A stretch of DNA of 64,000 bases from Hydrolagus colliei (taxonomy: Eukaryota): the NCBI GenBank assembly GCA_035084275.1, contig CM068753.1, forward strand, positions 15,934,001 through 15,998,000, given 5' to 3'. The notes under the pieces were generated by a model. It saw nothing but the letters and a program-made list of their open reading frames with translations, was not told where the DNA came from and ran no database searches. A program made the translations under genes and the position numbers. Positions 27,221 through 39,514 of this stretch are shown piece after piece (position 1 is the first letter of the stretch; each line of letters starts with the position of its first letter).

Positions 27221-27286
27221 CTATTAATTGAACCCTATTCATTTCAACAGAATGAGGCTATTAATTGAGGCCCATTCATTTCAACA
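27221..27286. repeat. Short imperfect direct duplication (about 29 bp)
   Basis: ctattaattga..cc.attcatttcaaca occurs twice. Confidence 0.7.
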
Positions 27287-28487
27287 ACCTTTGTACAATG
27301 TACAGTGTCACAGGCATCTTCCAATGTATTTAGTCTTCTGAGGAAAGTGAAGAAAAAGAGCAGAAACTTCCAAGGGGATGCAGCCACAGTGAAATTTCTC
27401 CCTGTCCCTTTAGGGTCACATCTTTGACAAGAGTTGAAGCTGTAAGTTATAGGTTTCTCTTACAACGAGTGCACAACCTTTAAGTTCTTTAAAAAATAAC
27501 AGCATTGAAAAGAGTTACTCAACCTCTGGTGCCACTCCCATTGCAATAATAGACTATTATAAAATCTTTCCACATTTGCTGCCTCCCCCATTCCCTCCAA
27601 TCAAATTGTCCCTTCAATATTTCTCATCAAAGTTGTCACCAAGCCGTCACTTTTTAAATTAAATTTGGATTGGCTTCCTCTCTAACATACTGGGAACTGA
27701 TTAGAATTCAATTGACTTCACTGCCCAAGGTCTTGGGCTGTGAAATAGTTAGACAGCAATATTAATGAGAAATACAACGTTGTTGACCGGCAATAATGTT
27801 AAATTGAACAATGCTAACAATGGAGAATCTGTACTAGTTCCTGTAAGATGCCCTTGTTTATCAAAGTGAAATGTATTCTAATCAGATAAACTAATCATTT
27901 TATACAATGAGTTTACAGCTTTTCTGTGTATCATTTAATTCATTAGTTTTTGGGGGGAAATTGGGTATTTACTCCACATTGGCACTTATTTAAGACAAAT
28001 ACACTAATTTGTTAAATCTTTAGCTCGTCTGTGAATGTTCTTTGGATTGCAATATTGCCACATTTAATCATAAATTCCATAAAATGGCCTTTTTCCCCAA
28101 AACAGATTTGTTCAATCATATAGACAGTTACAGTTAGTCAAGTTTGCACTGGACAACTTTCATTTAGTCATTTTTCCATCTTTTTTTTAAAATGGTGTAT
28201 TTCGTCAATTCGCTTTCTTTTAAATAAATGTTTAAATGTAGCTCCATTTCCCAGTGTTGCTTTTTTTTTACTGTTTATTTGTCTTACATTTCTATGTGTA
28301 TATTTAACTTTATAAAGAAAATTGTTAACCTGAAGAAAGGAGTGTAATAGATTTATAATACTGCAGTATTAAATCCATAGTGCCAATGTATGATATAGTA
28401 CAAAGATAATGGGCCAGTCACAACTAATGCTTGATTTGCATATTCAAATTTCCTCCTTACTGTTCAATCAATCTTGGAACCCTGCAG

Positions 28488-28496
28488 GGAAAAGAG
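28488..28496 (+). CDS. CADPS: CADPS 9-nt microexon GKE; phase 0-0
   Basis: cctgcag|GGAAAAGAG|gtatgt. Gives HHAE-GKE-AFAWW, a junction recalled from CAPS isoforms. Confidence 0.85.
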
Positions 28497-29272
28497 GTAT
28501 GTGACTAATCTGAATGAAATGAGTCACCTCCCGTCATGTCTCGTGCATGCCCTAAAGATACCATCTTTCCTAATGGGATTTTACCTAGGTCCTTCCTACT
28601 CTTTACTCTTGTTCCAAACACTAATACCAACTGCAGACAGTGCTTTTAAAGATGTTCTTTGCAATGAGTGGCGTAAATGATTTGCTTGGGCTGGCTTGAC
28701 AGCCTCTGCATGTACTACTGGATGATATATCAAGCACTACAGTTGCATCCTACCACCATCCTCCACCCTCTTGGAATCTTCCCTGAATCTAGTTATGTCT
28801 GTTTAGATCTGTTGTCTTTTGCGTTACATTTCCGTTGTATAACGCAAAAAGTAGTTTAAAAAAGTCTGTGTGCCTCCTCTAACTGATGCTTTGTCAAAAC
28901 ATCTCTGCCCAGGTGTGGAATTAACAATGTCACTCCATACTTTTTTATATGTATAAAAATGCTTTACATATAGTTGTGATGTTTCTGACATTATGAACGT
29001 GAATTGCATGCTCATCATGCAAGTCACACTATCATTGCAAGATTATAGATGTGTTTAAATAGTGAAGTGGATGAAGAGGTAAGTGACTCAAACACTGCGA
29101 CCCATAGCGACTCCCTGTGTATTGTTTGTGTTTAGTCTGTAGAGCTTTCAATTTAAACACATTGCTCAGACCTCCTTTAGTCGGTGTGCAGCACTTGTCA
29201 CTGGTGTCAAAGTGCCACAGTGGGATTTTTAGTTGTTAGAATTTGTGTTTAAATTGGTGTCTTTATCATATG

Positions 29273-29321
29273 CAAGTCACCAAAACTAGCACACCAAAAC
29301 AAGTCACCAAAACTAGCACAC
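29273..29321. repeat. 22-bp direct duplication
   Basis: caagtcaccaaaactagcacac at 29273-29294 and 29300-29321. Confidence 0.8.
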
Positions 29322-29551
29322 ATACAGTATTTATAATTATAAAATCATAACAAAAGTTGGCTGGTTTGAGCATAGATTTATGACATCCCACAGATCACAA
29401 ACACTTCGACCTGAAAAGACTGTTCTTTCTGAGAACAAGTCATAATGTGTTAGAAAGATTTTCATTTTCGAGGTGGCATCAAGTGCTTCCATGAGTTAAA
29501 GAACAAGGAAGTTAGTCATTCATATCTAGTTGAGAGAACAGGAAATTATCA

Positions 29552-29692
29552 GCCAGGGTTCAATTGGTAGCATATTTGTCTATGTGTCAGTTGGTTGTAG
29601 GTCCAAGCTGCACTTTGGGACTCGAGCTGAAAGTTTAGGCATTTGCTTCAGTGCTGCGCAGTCAGAACTGAAGCCCTTTGGGTGAGATGTTT
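29552..29692 (+). mobile_element. Degenerate Deu-type SINE 5' fragment
   Basis: Similar to the head at 14205-14360 (ttggtagca..ttgtct.tg.gtcag..ggttgt). Confidence 0.5.
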
Positions 29693-32600
29693 CCCCAGTC
29701 AGTCATACACATTGCTCTAGGCATTTCACTGCAGGCTTCTGCTGGTGCTGTTCCATGATTGGTCACTAGGGGGTGCAGGAGAGTGGCATTGTGATCTGCC
29801 TCCAGTTTTGCCTCCAGTCTGACTAACCAGCCCGCGGTGTGATGCTGGACAGGACATGGGGCTCATGGAGCAGGGAGTTTGATGATCACGGCACAAACCT
29901 GCCTCCAGCCCTCGTGTGTTTTTAAAAACAACCAGGAAAATCCTGTATTTTATATGGTTAATGTGTTGACGCAGAAATTATTTCATGGCTAGCAGTCGTT
30001 CGTTCTATTTATGCCTCAGTCTGGACATTTCTCTTGGCAATGAATCCACCTAGATTCTTAAATAGGTTTTGCCTAATGAGAATAATGACTGCCAGGAGAG
30101 ATTATTTTCAAGGTTATGGGCATGTTCACCACAGTGAGGTGTTACCGATGAAGGAAGCTATGGGTAATCTGGGCCTGAATTAGCTATAGTTTATCAAATG
30201 TTTGTGACTGTGCTAATCATGCCACAGAGCCGAATGACGTAGATAGCCTCATCTCCCACACAGCTGCAGTCCTGAGCAGAGACATTTATAGAGGCTCCTG
30301 AGAAAGCTGCTACATGGGGTGAGGCCTTTCTGCCCTCATCATTGTTACCAGCCCTGACACGCCCATGTTCCATACTTGAAAATTGCACAGAACACGCTTA
30401 GTTACCGCAGTGAGGTTCTGACCTCAGCCATGGTGAGGGGCTTGCCCGGAGAGGAGGGAGGGAGTGCAGGAATGTCGCCTCACATGGACTGCCACAGAGC
30501 AACATTAGCGGAGGCCTAAGAGCGTGTCATGTGTCTGCTATCTGTCGCCTGGTGCGGGGGGTAATCAGGCAATATGGAGACCGTACCAAAAGACGTCAGA
30601 TCACATGGTAGGATCCTGAGTACCACCGGTGTGCCCTGCTTGGCTACAGCTATTACTTTCTTCCTCATGAATCACTTACAGGTCTAATTCCGTTAATGCT
30701 TCAAATTATTTCACAAAAGATAAGGAAAGTGCCCAAAGTTTAACTTCTTAAATCTCAGTTTTAATAAGGTTACTTGCATCAAAACATATTTTAAAAATCT
30801 GTGCTGAAGGGTACAAAATACTATACACTGTCCACTGAAAAGGATTTAGAAGGGTTATTATCTTAGAAACACAATGGAAAGACCAATTATCCAGTGCCCC
30901 AGCTCATTTGTATTAAATCCTGTGAAGACATTCCTGTTATAAGCATATGAACATTCTCTGGGTTGAGGTATTCAAGAAGAGCAGTTTTTTTTGTGAAATA
31001 GGTTGCAATTGAATAGGACGTTTCTCCCAGTGAGGACAATAGGGTAACTTTGAATCGGCAAAACTGACAAGAATGTGAGTTTGTAAAAGGCTTTTGATCA
31101 GACCTTAATTACAAGGAAGATCCCTAACACAGTTAAACTGTGTCCAGCTTGCTGACACAGATCCTTGCTTCAGTTGTTCACTTGCTCTGAATAGGCTCAT
31201 TTATAAAGCTTGCACTGAGAAATTCTCTCCCATAAGATCTGACTGTTTTGAAGTAACATCCCCACTAAGGAATATGTCTTTCAGTTAATGCTCCTGCATT
31301 CTTCAAAGAGTTTCAAAGTTTACTGGGGTTATAAATTGTGAAAAGTTAAAATGTTGTCATCTCTGTTCTAACTACTCGGGAGACCTTTGGCATTTATATA
31401 TACTTTGCAATTGATATTTCTGCAGATTAATTGGTGCTAAACCACAGTTAATATTCAAAGATGTTTTGCATTTGCAATGGAAACGACTTCCTCAAAGAGT
31501 CGGAGTTGACATTTAGAGAAGGGAAAAAGCCAGGACTCCCAAGTGTCATTATGACCAAATAGTAGAACAACATTTTCACAACACAAATAGCACAGATGTG
31601 ATATCATGAGCAAAGGGCTTCATGTATAGCTTTTCAATAGTGACGTCACGTATTTAATTCCGATGTCTAAGTGTGGTCTGTGAAGGGAACAGAAAGTGTA
31701 AATAGCTGCTTAACAACTATTGTTTACCACCTATGAACTTTACAGATACATTTTCCATGGTTATCAAAAGTTGGAGTAAACCAATTAAAAGGCAAAGCAG
31801 CCATTGGCACTATTGTTAAACAGTATATGCCAGAGAGAGTGCAAAGGTTGTATAGTCAGACTTGTGTACATCACGGGTAGTCAAACTTCCATTGAATGAA
31901 CATAGCTTCCATAAAGTGGTACGTCATGGTGGAGCTGGAACATTTTTGGCACCAAAAGATTGACACAGTAATTTGACCCTCCATTGCTCAAGACAGAGGC
32001 AGTCCTGCTGCCCAATTGTAAGACCTGTGAGAGCAACAGGCTGTTTAGGTCTGCAAGGAGCCTAGGGGCTCTCTTAATGCTGAGCTTGAAGTTATAATTC
32101 TTCGAAAGCAGTTCGTTAGTGTTCACCATATGTTAAACGTAAGTTTTGTTGGAAAACGTTACCAGTCTGTTTCTTCCAGCATCTTGCCCGTCATCCCGTT
32201 CCCATTGTCTTCACCCCATAATCAGATCCCCCTGTACTAATCCTGCCATTGCCTACCCCATATCTGCCCCACCGTCCCTTCCTGCTGCACCCATCTCATT
32301 ATCCTTTCCATTTGTCCTACCTACCAATCCAAAGCATCCAAACCACCGCAGTAGGTTTGAGGAAAGATTGTGAGATGGACATCACCCATACTGGAAGGGG
32401 CAGGAGGAGGGGACAGAACAGGATGAGAAGCAAGAAGAGAATTAAGAATAGGATATCAGTAAGAGGTCTCCTCCCTGCAGGTGCAGAATTTAGACTGGTT
32501 CCCCCCAATGGCCTAGCCAAGATTCAACAACCATTAAATGGGATCACTGGGTTATTATTAATAATTTTGCATACAGCACCGTTGGATCCATGGATATGAA

Positions 32601-33973
32601 TGTCAATCTTGATATAGTAGGCAGACGCACATTTGACTTGTGCAAACAAATGTAAAATAAGGGTGTTTTCAAGTGCAGGGTACTTTTAAAATGCCTGCTC
32701 GCTGTCGATTGCAGAATATCTCAGCGAAAAATGAGCTGCTATTAAATGTAAAGTTCCTCCTCATATTTGGATACCGCAGCTGCCACCAAGCAATCGCTGT
32801 TCGGTTTGTTGAAGGCAGATGGTGACCCAATGGTGCCACCCGTCAGTGCGACATGTCACAGACTGGGAGACCCAGGTTTGGTTCCCAGCCCTTGGCTGAC
32901 ATTTGCACTTGGATTTTGCCCAGCTGCCGAGTTGTCAGTGTTAGCTGGGTCATTGGCCGCAGCAATGAGTCATTGCACTAAGGATTGGTTAACGATTGCA
33001 CATTCGCTTGTAATTCAGAAACCTCTATCAACAACATTACCAAAATCTGCGGAAATACTTCAGTCGCCCATCTGCCCCCTCAGATGAATTCCAGGGCATG
33101 TAGCCTTAGGAGACTACAAAAGGAAATAAAAAGGGGCATGATACAGTATTTTAAAAATTGCAAAATAAATTGTAACCAAAAATTGTAACTAATAAAATTT
33201 ATATTGCATATTGCATTTAACTAACTGTTGAATAGCAGCACAATATGAGAATTTTTCAAAAGAAAATTATAGTTTCTATGTGAAATGAGACCGGCAATAA
33301 ATCACCTCAGAGTTACTGAATGAGGTTCCATTGCTGGCTCCACTCATATTGCATGTTACCAGCCAGCAACAGGTACATGACAAACATGCATGTATTTTCA
33401 ACACATTCACATCTCAGCCATCCAGGATGTGAATGTAACTCCTTGGACCCCATCAGAAGCCTGCTTAACGGGCTGAAAAGCATGCACAAGTGAACTGGCT
33501 GCATGAATTTCTGCTGGGAGTCCCAATAGGAAATAGCCAATTAACCCAAAAAACATTGCCCTGTAGAAAGTTGGTAAATGGCATGACTTCAGTGAGTTAT
33601 TGTTAAGAGAACAGCAAAATAATCAGACCACTGACCATCATTTGGTTTATTTGATATCAATGTGTTGCCAGAGTTCAAATGATTGTGATCTCTTGTGTAG
33701 TACAAAGGTTGGGAAAGCAGACATCGACTTAACTTCCCCCCCTGAAAAAGAATTGGATTGAGAAAGAGACTTACCATAGTTCTTCTGTTCATCATACAGT
33801 ACCTCTGTTATTTCAGGTGCTCTTTTCTTTACAATAACTCGAATGGTTTCCATAATATGAATATCTGCCCTATAGAGCTGCACCTAAACCAGTTTACTGC
33901 AGACCTTTCTAAAGTGGTTGAGATTATTTAACTATTGTATTTATTCTTTTTCTTGCGGCTTTCTCTCTCGAAG

Positions 33974-34130
33974 GCCTTTGCTTGGTGGTCAGATTTGATG
34001 GTTGAACACGCAGAGACCTTTCTGTCACTATTTGCAGTCGACATGGACACAGCTTTGGAAACGCAGCCCCCGGACACATGGGACAGCTTCCCCCTATTTC
34101 AGCTGCTCAATGATTTCCTGAGGAGTGACT
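33974..34130 (+). CDS. CADPS: CADPS exon, [52 protein letters not shown]; phase 0-1
   Basis: tcgaag acceptor, ACT|gtatgt donor, conserved peptide. Confidence 0.96.
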
Positions 34131-34476
34131 GTATGTATTTTTGTTTAAAAATATATGTACATATTGGTGATTTACAATAAGTTCTCGTTATTACTACAAC
34201 TCTTCATTATTGAATCTCACACTTTAACAATCTATATGGAATAGGATTTAAGGATAAACTTTGTCACAGTAGATGGAGTTGTTTCACTTGTGTTCAATTG
34301 CTCTTAGAGTGTAATATGTTGTACAGAGTGTTTGATTATCCTCAGCTGTTGTTCAATGTCCATCTTACTATTAAGTTCCGTTGTCACTCTAATGAAATTA
34401 CTATCATTGCACTAAATCTTGCAACCACCATTTGAAATCTTAGTTCTGATATGATCGCAATAATTCTCAATTTTAG

Positions 34477-34618
34477 ATAATCTCATGAATGGAAAATTCC
34501 ACAAACACCTTCAAGATGTCTTCGCTCCTCTTGTGGTTAGATATGTCGACTTGATGGAGTCATCAATTGCACAGTCAATTCACAGGGGCTTTGAGCGTGA
34601 ATCGTGGGAGCCTGTAAA
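34477..34618 (+). CDS. CADPS: CADPS exon (MHD1/MUN), (Y)[46 protein letters not shown]; phase 1-2
   Basis: ttttag acceptor, AAA|gtaagg donor, conserved peptide. Confidence 0.96.
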
Positions 34619-35562
34619 GTAAGGATATCTCCTTTGATATACTTTGAGTTTGGATGCAGATGGATGAAGATATACCCGAATGGCGAGTCGGTTCATTGCC
34701 AATGCTGCAGCCTGTGTGCAAGTGATTTTTTAATTCTATTTGAGTAATCAGATGGGCTTCAGATTAGGCCTATGAATGCAATATTAAATGACCAACAGTT
34801 GATGTAAAGGAAACAATCATAATGTCAGTTTGCGCTATTTTTTTTGCTTGGTTTTTTTCTTTGTGGATCTGGATACAATTAGTCTCAATAAATTGATTTA
34901 CAAGGCCCACTGTAAAAGCACCACTTTCCCCCCAGACTTTTGTTCCGGTTTCCCTTCTGTCATTGTGCAGAAACAAACTGTGACTGAGGCTACAGAGTGC
35001 CACTTATTGTCATGGAGTCCAGCACAACTGGAAACAATCCGGTCTTAACTCACACGTTTGATCCTAATCAAAATGCAGTCCAACATGATTGAAAATTGGT
35101 CAATTCAAATTCCACAATCACTGAAAGCAATATATAAATCTATCGGTGCATAAGGGAGCTGTGCTTCCTTTGCAGGAAATTTCAGTATTAAATTTGTTCT
35201 GATAAAAGAGGATATGTTTTGAAGGAAAGATCTCCCAAGGGCTACTTGCAAACTTAAAGATGAAGTGGATTTCGATAGAACCTTGAGTTTTCCTTTAAAT
35301 ATTTCACCCAATTCATAGCAACATCTTGACCAATTCATTTTTCCTTGAAACTTCACTTAGTAAACTGAACTAAACACAATGGAATATCAATTGAGAATGT
35401 GATGGGTGATGTCCACAAGTTACTTTAGATGTCAGCTAAGCAGTCAGTTACACTGAAAATACTGAGCGCTGTGGACTTATCCAGTGAATAGCTGTTGCGT
35501 GCAGAGTTATGAGGTTACAGATTATATCCCAACCTGGTCTCACCTGGAACTGGGGTGGTAAT

Positions 35563-35786
35563 CAGTAGAAGCCCGTTTATCCGTGACCCAATTAACCAGA
35601 TTCCTCGACTCCCCCCCCTCCCAGCAATAGCGAGCATGCTCAATTCGCGCATGTGCGCAATGGGTGCTCGTGCACACTTATGAAACTTTTCAGCAACTTG
35701 CTGCCCGATTATCGAGCACAGTCAGTTAGTCGACACCCCCCCGCCCTCGCCCCCCCGGAGCGTGCCGGATAAACGGGCTTTTACTG
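35563..35786. mobile_element. Tc1/pogo (Tigger-like) MITE
   Basis: TIRs CAGTAGAAGCCCGTTTATCCG / CGGATAAACGGGCTTTTACTG (20/21 match), TA on the right flank. Confidence 0.85.
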
Positions 35787-36157
35787 TATTAACATCTAGA
35801 AGCATAGAAACAGGAGTAGGCCATGTTAGACTGCATTTTGATTAGGATCAACCATGTGAGTTAAGCCTGCTCTGCACTTCAGGTTGATCTGTACCTCAAC
35901 TCCAATTACCTGCCCTTGCCCGTATTCTCGATACCCTGACCTAACAAATATCTATTCATCTATCTTGAAAATGTGAATGAATTCAGCATCCACAGCCTTT
36001 TGGGGCAGCGAGTTCCAGATTTCCTCTACCCTTTGCATGAGAAACGACCTCCTGTTTTCACTCATAAATGGTCCTAGCTCTAATTTTAAGATTATACACT
36101 GTTGTTTTGGACTCTCCCACCTTAGGAAATCTGTATCTATCCTATTGAATCCTGTTA

Positions 36158-36373
36158 CAGTGAAAGCCCGTTTATCTGGCACTCTAGGGACCTGGCCAAT
36201 GTCGGTTAAAGTGCCTGCTGGATATTTGGCCAAAAACGGCAAAATAAAAACATTTTTTTTTTAAATGCATTTTTCTGGAAAAATTTCGGTTAATCAAATG
36301 CGGACCTTTTTTTTGCAATGCCGGTTATATGGAAGTTACGGTTGATCGGGTGCCAGATAAATGGGCTTTTATG
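36158..36373. mobile_element. Tc1/pogo-like MITE nested in CR1
   Basis: TA|CAGTGAAAGCCCGTTTATCTGGCAC ... GTGCCAGATAAATGGGCTTTTATG. Same TIR family as 35563-35786. Confidence 0.82.
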
Positions 36374-37071
36374 TTTAAAAAAAAACCTCAATCAGATCAC
36401 CGCCCCAACCTTCTGAACTCAAGGGGATAGAGACCAAGTTTATGCAACCTGTCCTCATAATTGTTACCCTTGAAATCCTGTTATCATTCTGGTGAATCTA
36501 TGCTGCACCCCTTCCTGAGATACGGTGTCCAAAACTGAATACAATCTCCAGATGGGATCTGACCAAGACTATACAGTTGAAGCAAATTTCTCTCCTTTAT
36601 ATTACAGCCTGTTGAGATAAAGGCCAATGTCCCATTAGCCTTTTTGATACCTTTCGGATCTGTGAGCTTGTTTTTAATGATTTGTGTATGTGGACACCTA
36701 AATTCCTTTGCCTCATTTCTTAGTTTCTTACCATTTAAAAAAAATTCTGTTTTGCTATTTTTGGATCCATAGTAGATGATGTCAAACTTCTTCACATTAA
36801 ATTCCATCTGCCCCAATTTTGTCCACTTACTTAATCTGTCTAAATTGCTTTGTAACTTTCAACTCCCATTCTAAACAATTCATGGTGCCTTCTAACTTTG
36901 TGTAATCTGCAAATTCTGATATAAAACTCTCTATTCGTTCATCCACATCATTTATAGATATGGTAAAAAGCTGAGGCCCAAGTACAGCCCCTTGGGGGAA
37001 CACTACCTGTCACATCCTGCCAATCAGAGAACATTGCTTTTATCCCTACTCTGAGTTTTTTGCCTCCCAAC

Positions 37072-37448
37072 TAGGGTCCACCGATATGGAAATTTTCCGA
37101 TATTGATATATCGGTGGGCTCATATCGATATATACCAATATATCGATATCGCCGGGTATTTTTGTACTGCGCATGCGCGCGCATTCGGAGGTATGCACGC
37201 ATTCCGTGCTCTAGGCCAAGGAGGTTTGCAATGCCGGCGACAAGGTAAGTTGAAAAAGTTCGCACTATACCGATATAACCCATATATCGATATATCGACG
37301 GACACGATATACCGATATTTGCGATATATCGATTTTTTAAAATATAAATTTTTTCGATATACCGATATATTCAAATTTCCAATATCAGCATATCGATATG
37401 AAAAATTATACCGATATAACCGATATATCGATATATCGCTGGACACTA
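37072..37448. mobile_element. Non-autonomous hAT element nested in CR1
   Basis: Perfect 8-bp TSD CTCCCAAC (37064-37071 and 37449-37456), TIRs TAGGGTCCACCGATAT / ATATCGCTGGACACTA (14/16), many CGATAT/ATATCG subterminal repeats. Confidence 0.92.
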
Positions 37449-37600
37449 CTCCCAACCAATTTCCAAACCATGTCACAAGGTTGCCTACAATACCATGTGC
37501 ATTCATTTTTGCTAATAGCCTTATGCAGAACCTTATCAAATACCTTTCACTGTCACGCTAAGATGACACGTCTATAGTTACTTGGTTTCTCCCTCCCTTA

Positions 37601-37967
37601 AATAATAATAATCCTTGCATTTGATATAGCTCCTTATCATACCTTTGAGACAACTCAAAGTGCTTCACAGAATATATTGTAAAGTGAATTGACTGTATAT
37701 TTTGTGGGCGATAAACAGCAGCCAATTACGCACAGCATTTTCCCACAAACAGTTATGGATTGAATGACCAATTTATTATTTTTAAAAGAATTATTAACCA
37801 AGGAAAAGCAAACCGCCAATTGAATAACAATCGGGTTCCTACTCACTGCTAGGTAAACAGTGGTGTGTGGAATAAGGAAATTTACCTAGACTTTCACTCT
37901 GCTGGAAATCAAACCCAGGTCTCTCGCTTGTGAAGCGAGAGCTCTAACCACTGAGCTACAGGACTCT
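37601..37967 (-). mobile_element. Full-length tRNA-derived SINE with (ATT)n tail, nested in CR1
   Basis: Reverse complement begins AGAGTCCTGTAGCTCAGTGGTTAGAGC and ends aaatgcaaggattattattatt. Confidence 0.9.
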
Positions 37968-38857
37968 ACGATCTTTGTCTATCTTTAATCCCATTATTTT
38001 TTCCATACCATTTTTAAATTTACATTAAATATATATTTAGTACTCCTTTAGCTTATTATTAGCTGCCCTTGTACCACTGGTACTTTGTCCTTTTCCTCCA
38101 TTGTGAAAGTGTAAGCGAGGTATTAATTCAACAAGCCTGCCATTTCCTTATTGTCCACTACAGTTTCACCTGCATCTGTCTTTAATGGGACCACATTCCC
38201 CTTTACCACTCTCTTTCTCTTAATATATTTATAAAAACGTTCACTGTTGCCCTTGATATTCTTTTCACCCTAGGGACGAGAAACAATCATCTATTCAGTG
38301 ACACCTGCAGCAGATGTGTGGGGGTGTGGTTCTTGGCCTCAGCAATTCTTGTTCCCCCCCCAACAACAACAACAACAACTTTGATTTATATAGCGCCCTC
38401 CATGCCGGATGGCGTCTCAGAGCGCTCCCACTCTCTCCACATTCGAATAGCTTACCAACTAATGATGATAGGTTGGACTTGGACAACAATGTGCCTGACT
38501 ATCAAGTGCATTCCCAAGAAAAGAGAAAAAGAAATCAAACTAAGACAGCAGACGAAAGAGGAGACTTTTCTCATTGAGAGAGTAAACAATGAAAGTTAAT
38601 TGTCCTGTGTCTCTTCACCAGACAGAAGCAAAACAATGATAACAAATTTCCTTAAAAAATCTAAAACTACAGTAGTCACAGATTTTCACTGTGTTACACA
38701 GAGTGATTTGCCCACAAATACTGTGTTTCACTGAGATGCTCTGATACATTCGATTGTATCAAATGTACAATCAATTAACTTTATAGTACATTCCCTGAAG
38801 CCCTTGAGATGTCTCAAATAAGTGATAATGTGCAAGGATTATTATTTATCCAGCCTG

Positions 38858-39215
38858 TAAACAGGCCATTCAGCCCAACAAGTATATGGTGGAGTTTAAG
38901 CTCCCCACTGGTCCCCAGCTATTCCCTTCTCCAATTCCCTTCTATCCTTTCTCACTCACATGTGCATCAAGCTCTCTCTTAAATACATTGATGCTATTTG
39001 CTTGAGCTGTAGCTTTGAGCAGTGAGGTTTATATTCTCACAACCGTCTCTGCATAAAGATGTTCCTCCTAAACTCTCTATTAGATCTACCTACTAACTAT
39101 CATATTAATGCCCTCTCATTTTATACTCACCAACAAGTGGAAGCAACCTATCAACTTCCACCTTATCGAATCCTTTCATTATCTTAAATACATCTAGCAG
39201 ACCCAATCATCTCAA
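38858..39215 (-). mobile_element. Old CR1 3' fragment
   Basis: aacaggccattcagccca 3'UTR motif and ORF2 C-terminal remnants (ttctcacaacc, ttatcgaatcctttcattatctt). Confidence 0.65.
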
Positions 39216-39514
39216 TGAGAGAGAGAAACTGTGCCACAACCCATTACACAACCATCAACAATTAGACAGAATAGTGCTTTCTCATTATAAACGCAGTGTG
39301 TGCTTGAATGACAACTAACTTCCTTTTCAGAGAATAATGCAATTTGAGAAATGGTAATACTGTACCCAGAATGTCATTTTGAGTATCTTTTGCTTGTCTG
39401 CAGATTTTGATTTGTATTTTACTAAACACCATCAGTAGTGTATATACAGTTCTTTGCAAACTTATACGACTGCAATTTAATCATTTTTTAAAAAGCCAGC
39501 TGTTCAATGCATAT

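Larger units (their letters stand above)
35797..38265 (-). mobile_element. Decayed CR1 LINE interrupted by three nested insertions
   Basis: Minus-strand remnants QRVEEIWNSLPQKAVDA, QMEFNVKK, KKANGTLAFI and GIVGNLVTWFGNWL are collinear with the CR1 ORF2 at 48736-50988. Confidence 0.88.

Noticed and set aside
26926-33973. PHVDKGE-type microexon recalled from mammalian CAPS1
   Set aside because: I could not find it by eye. Absence is not proven without an alignment.
37103-37561. 152-aa and 139-aa ORFs rich in YRY/IDIS, and a possible CRISPR-like array
   Set aside because: These are translations of hAT subterminal repeats. There is no regular repeat-spacer structure and the context is eukaryotic.
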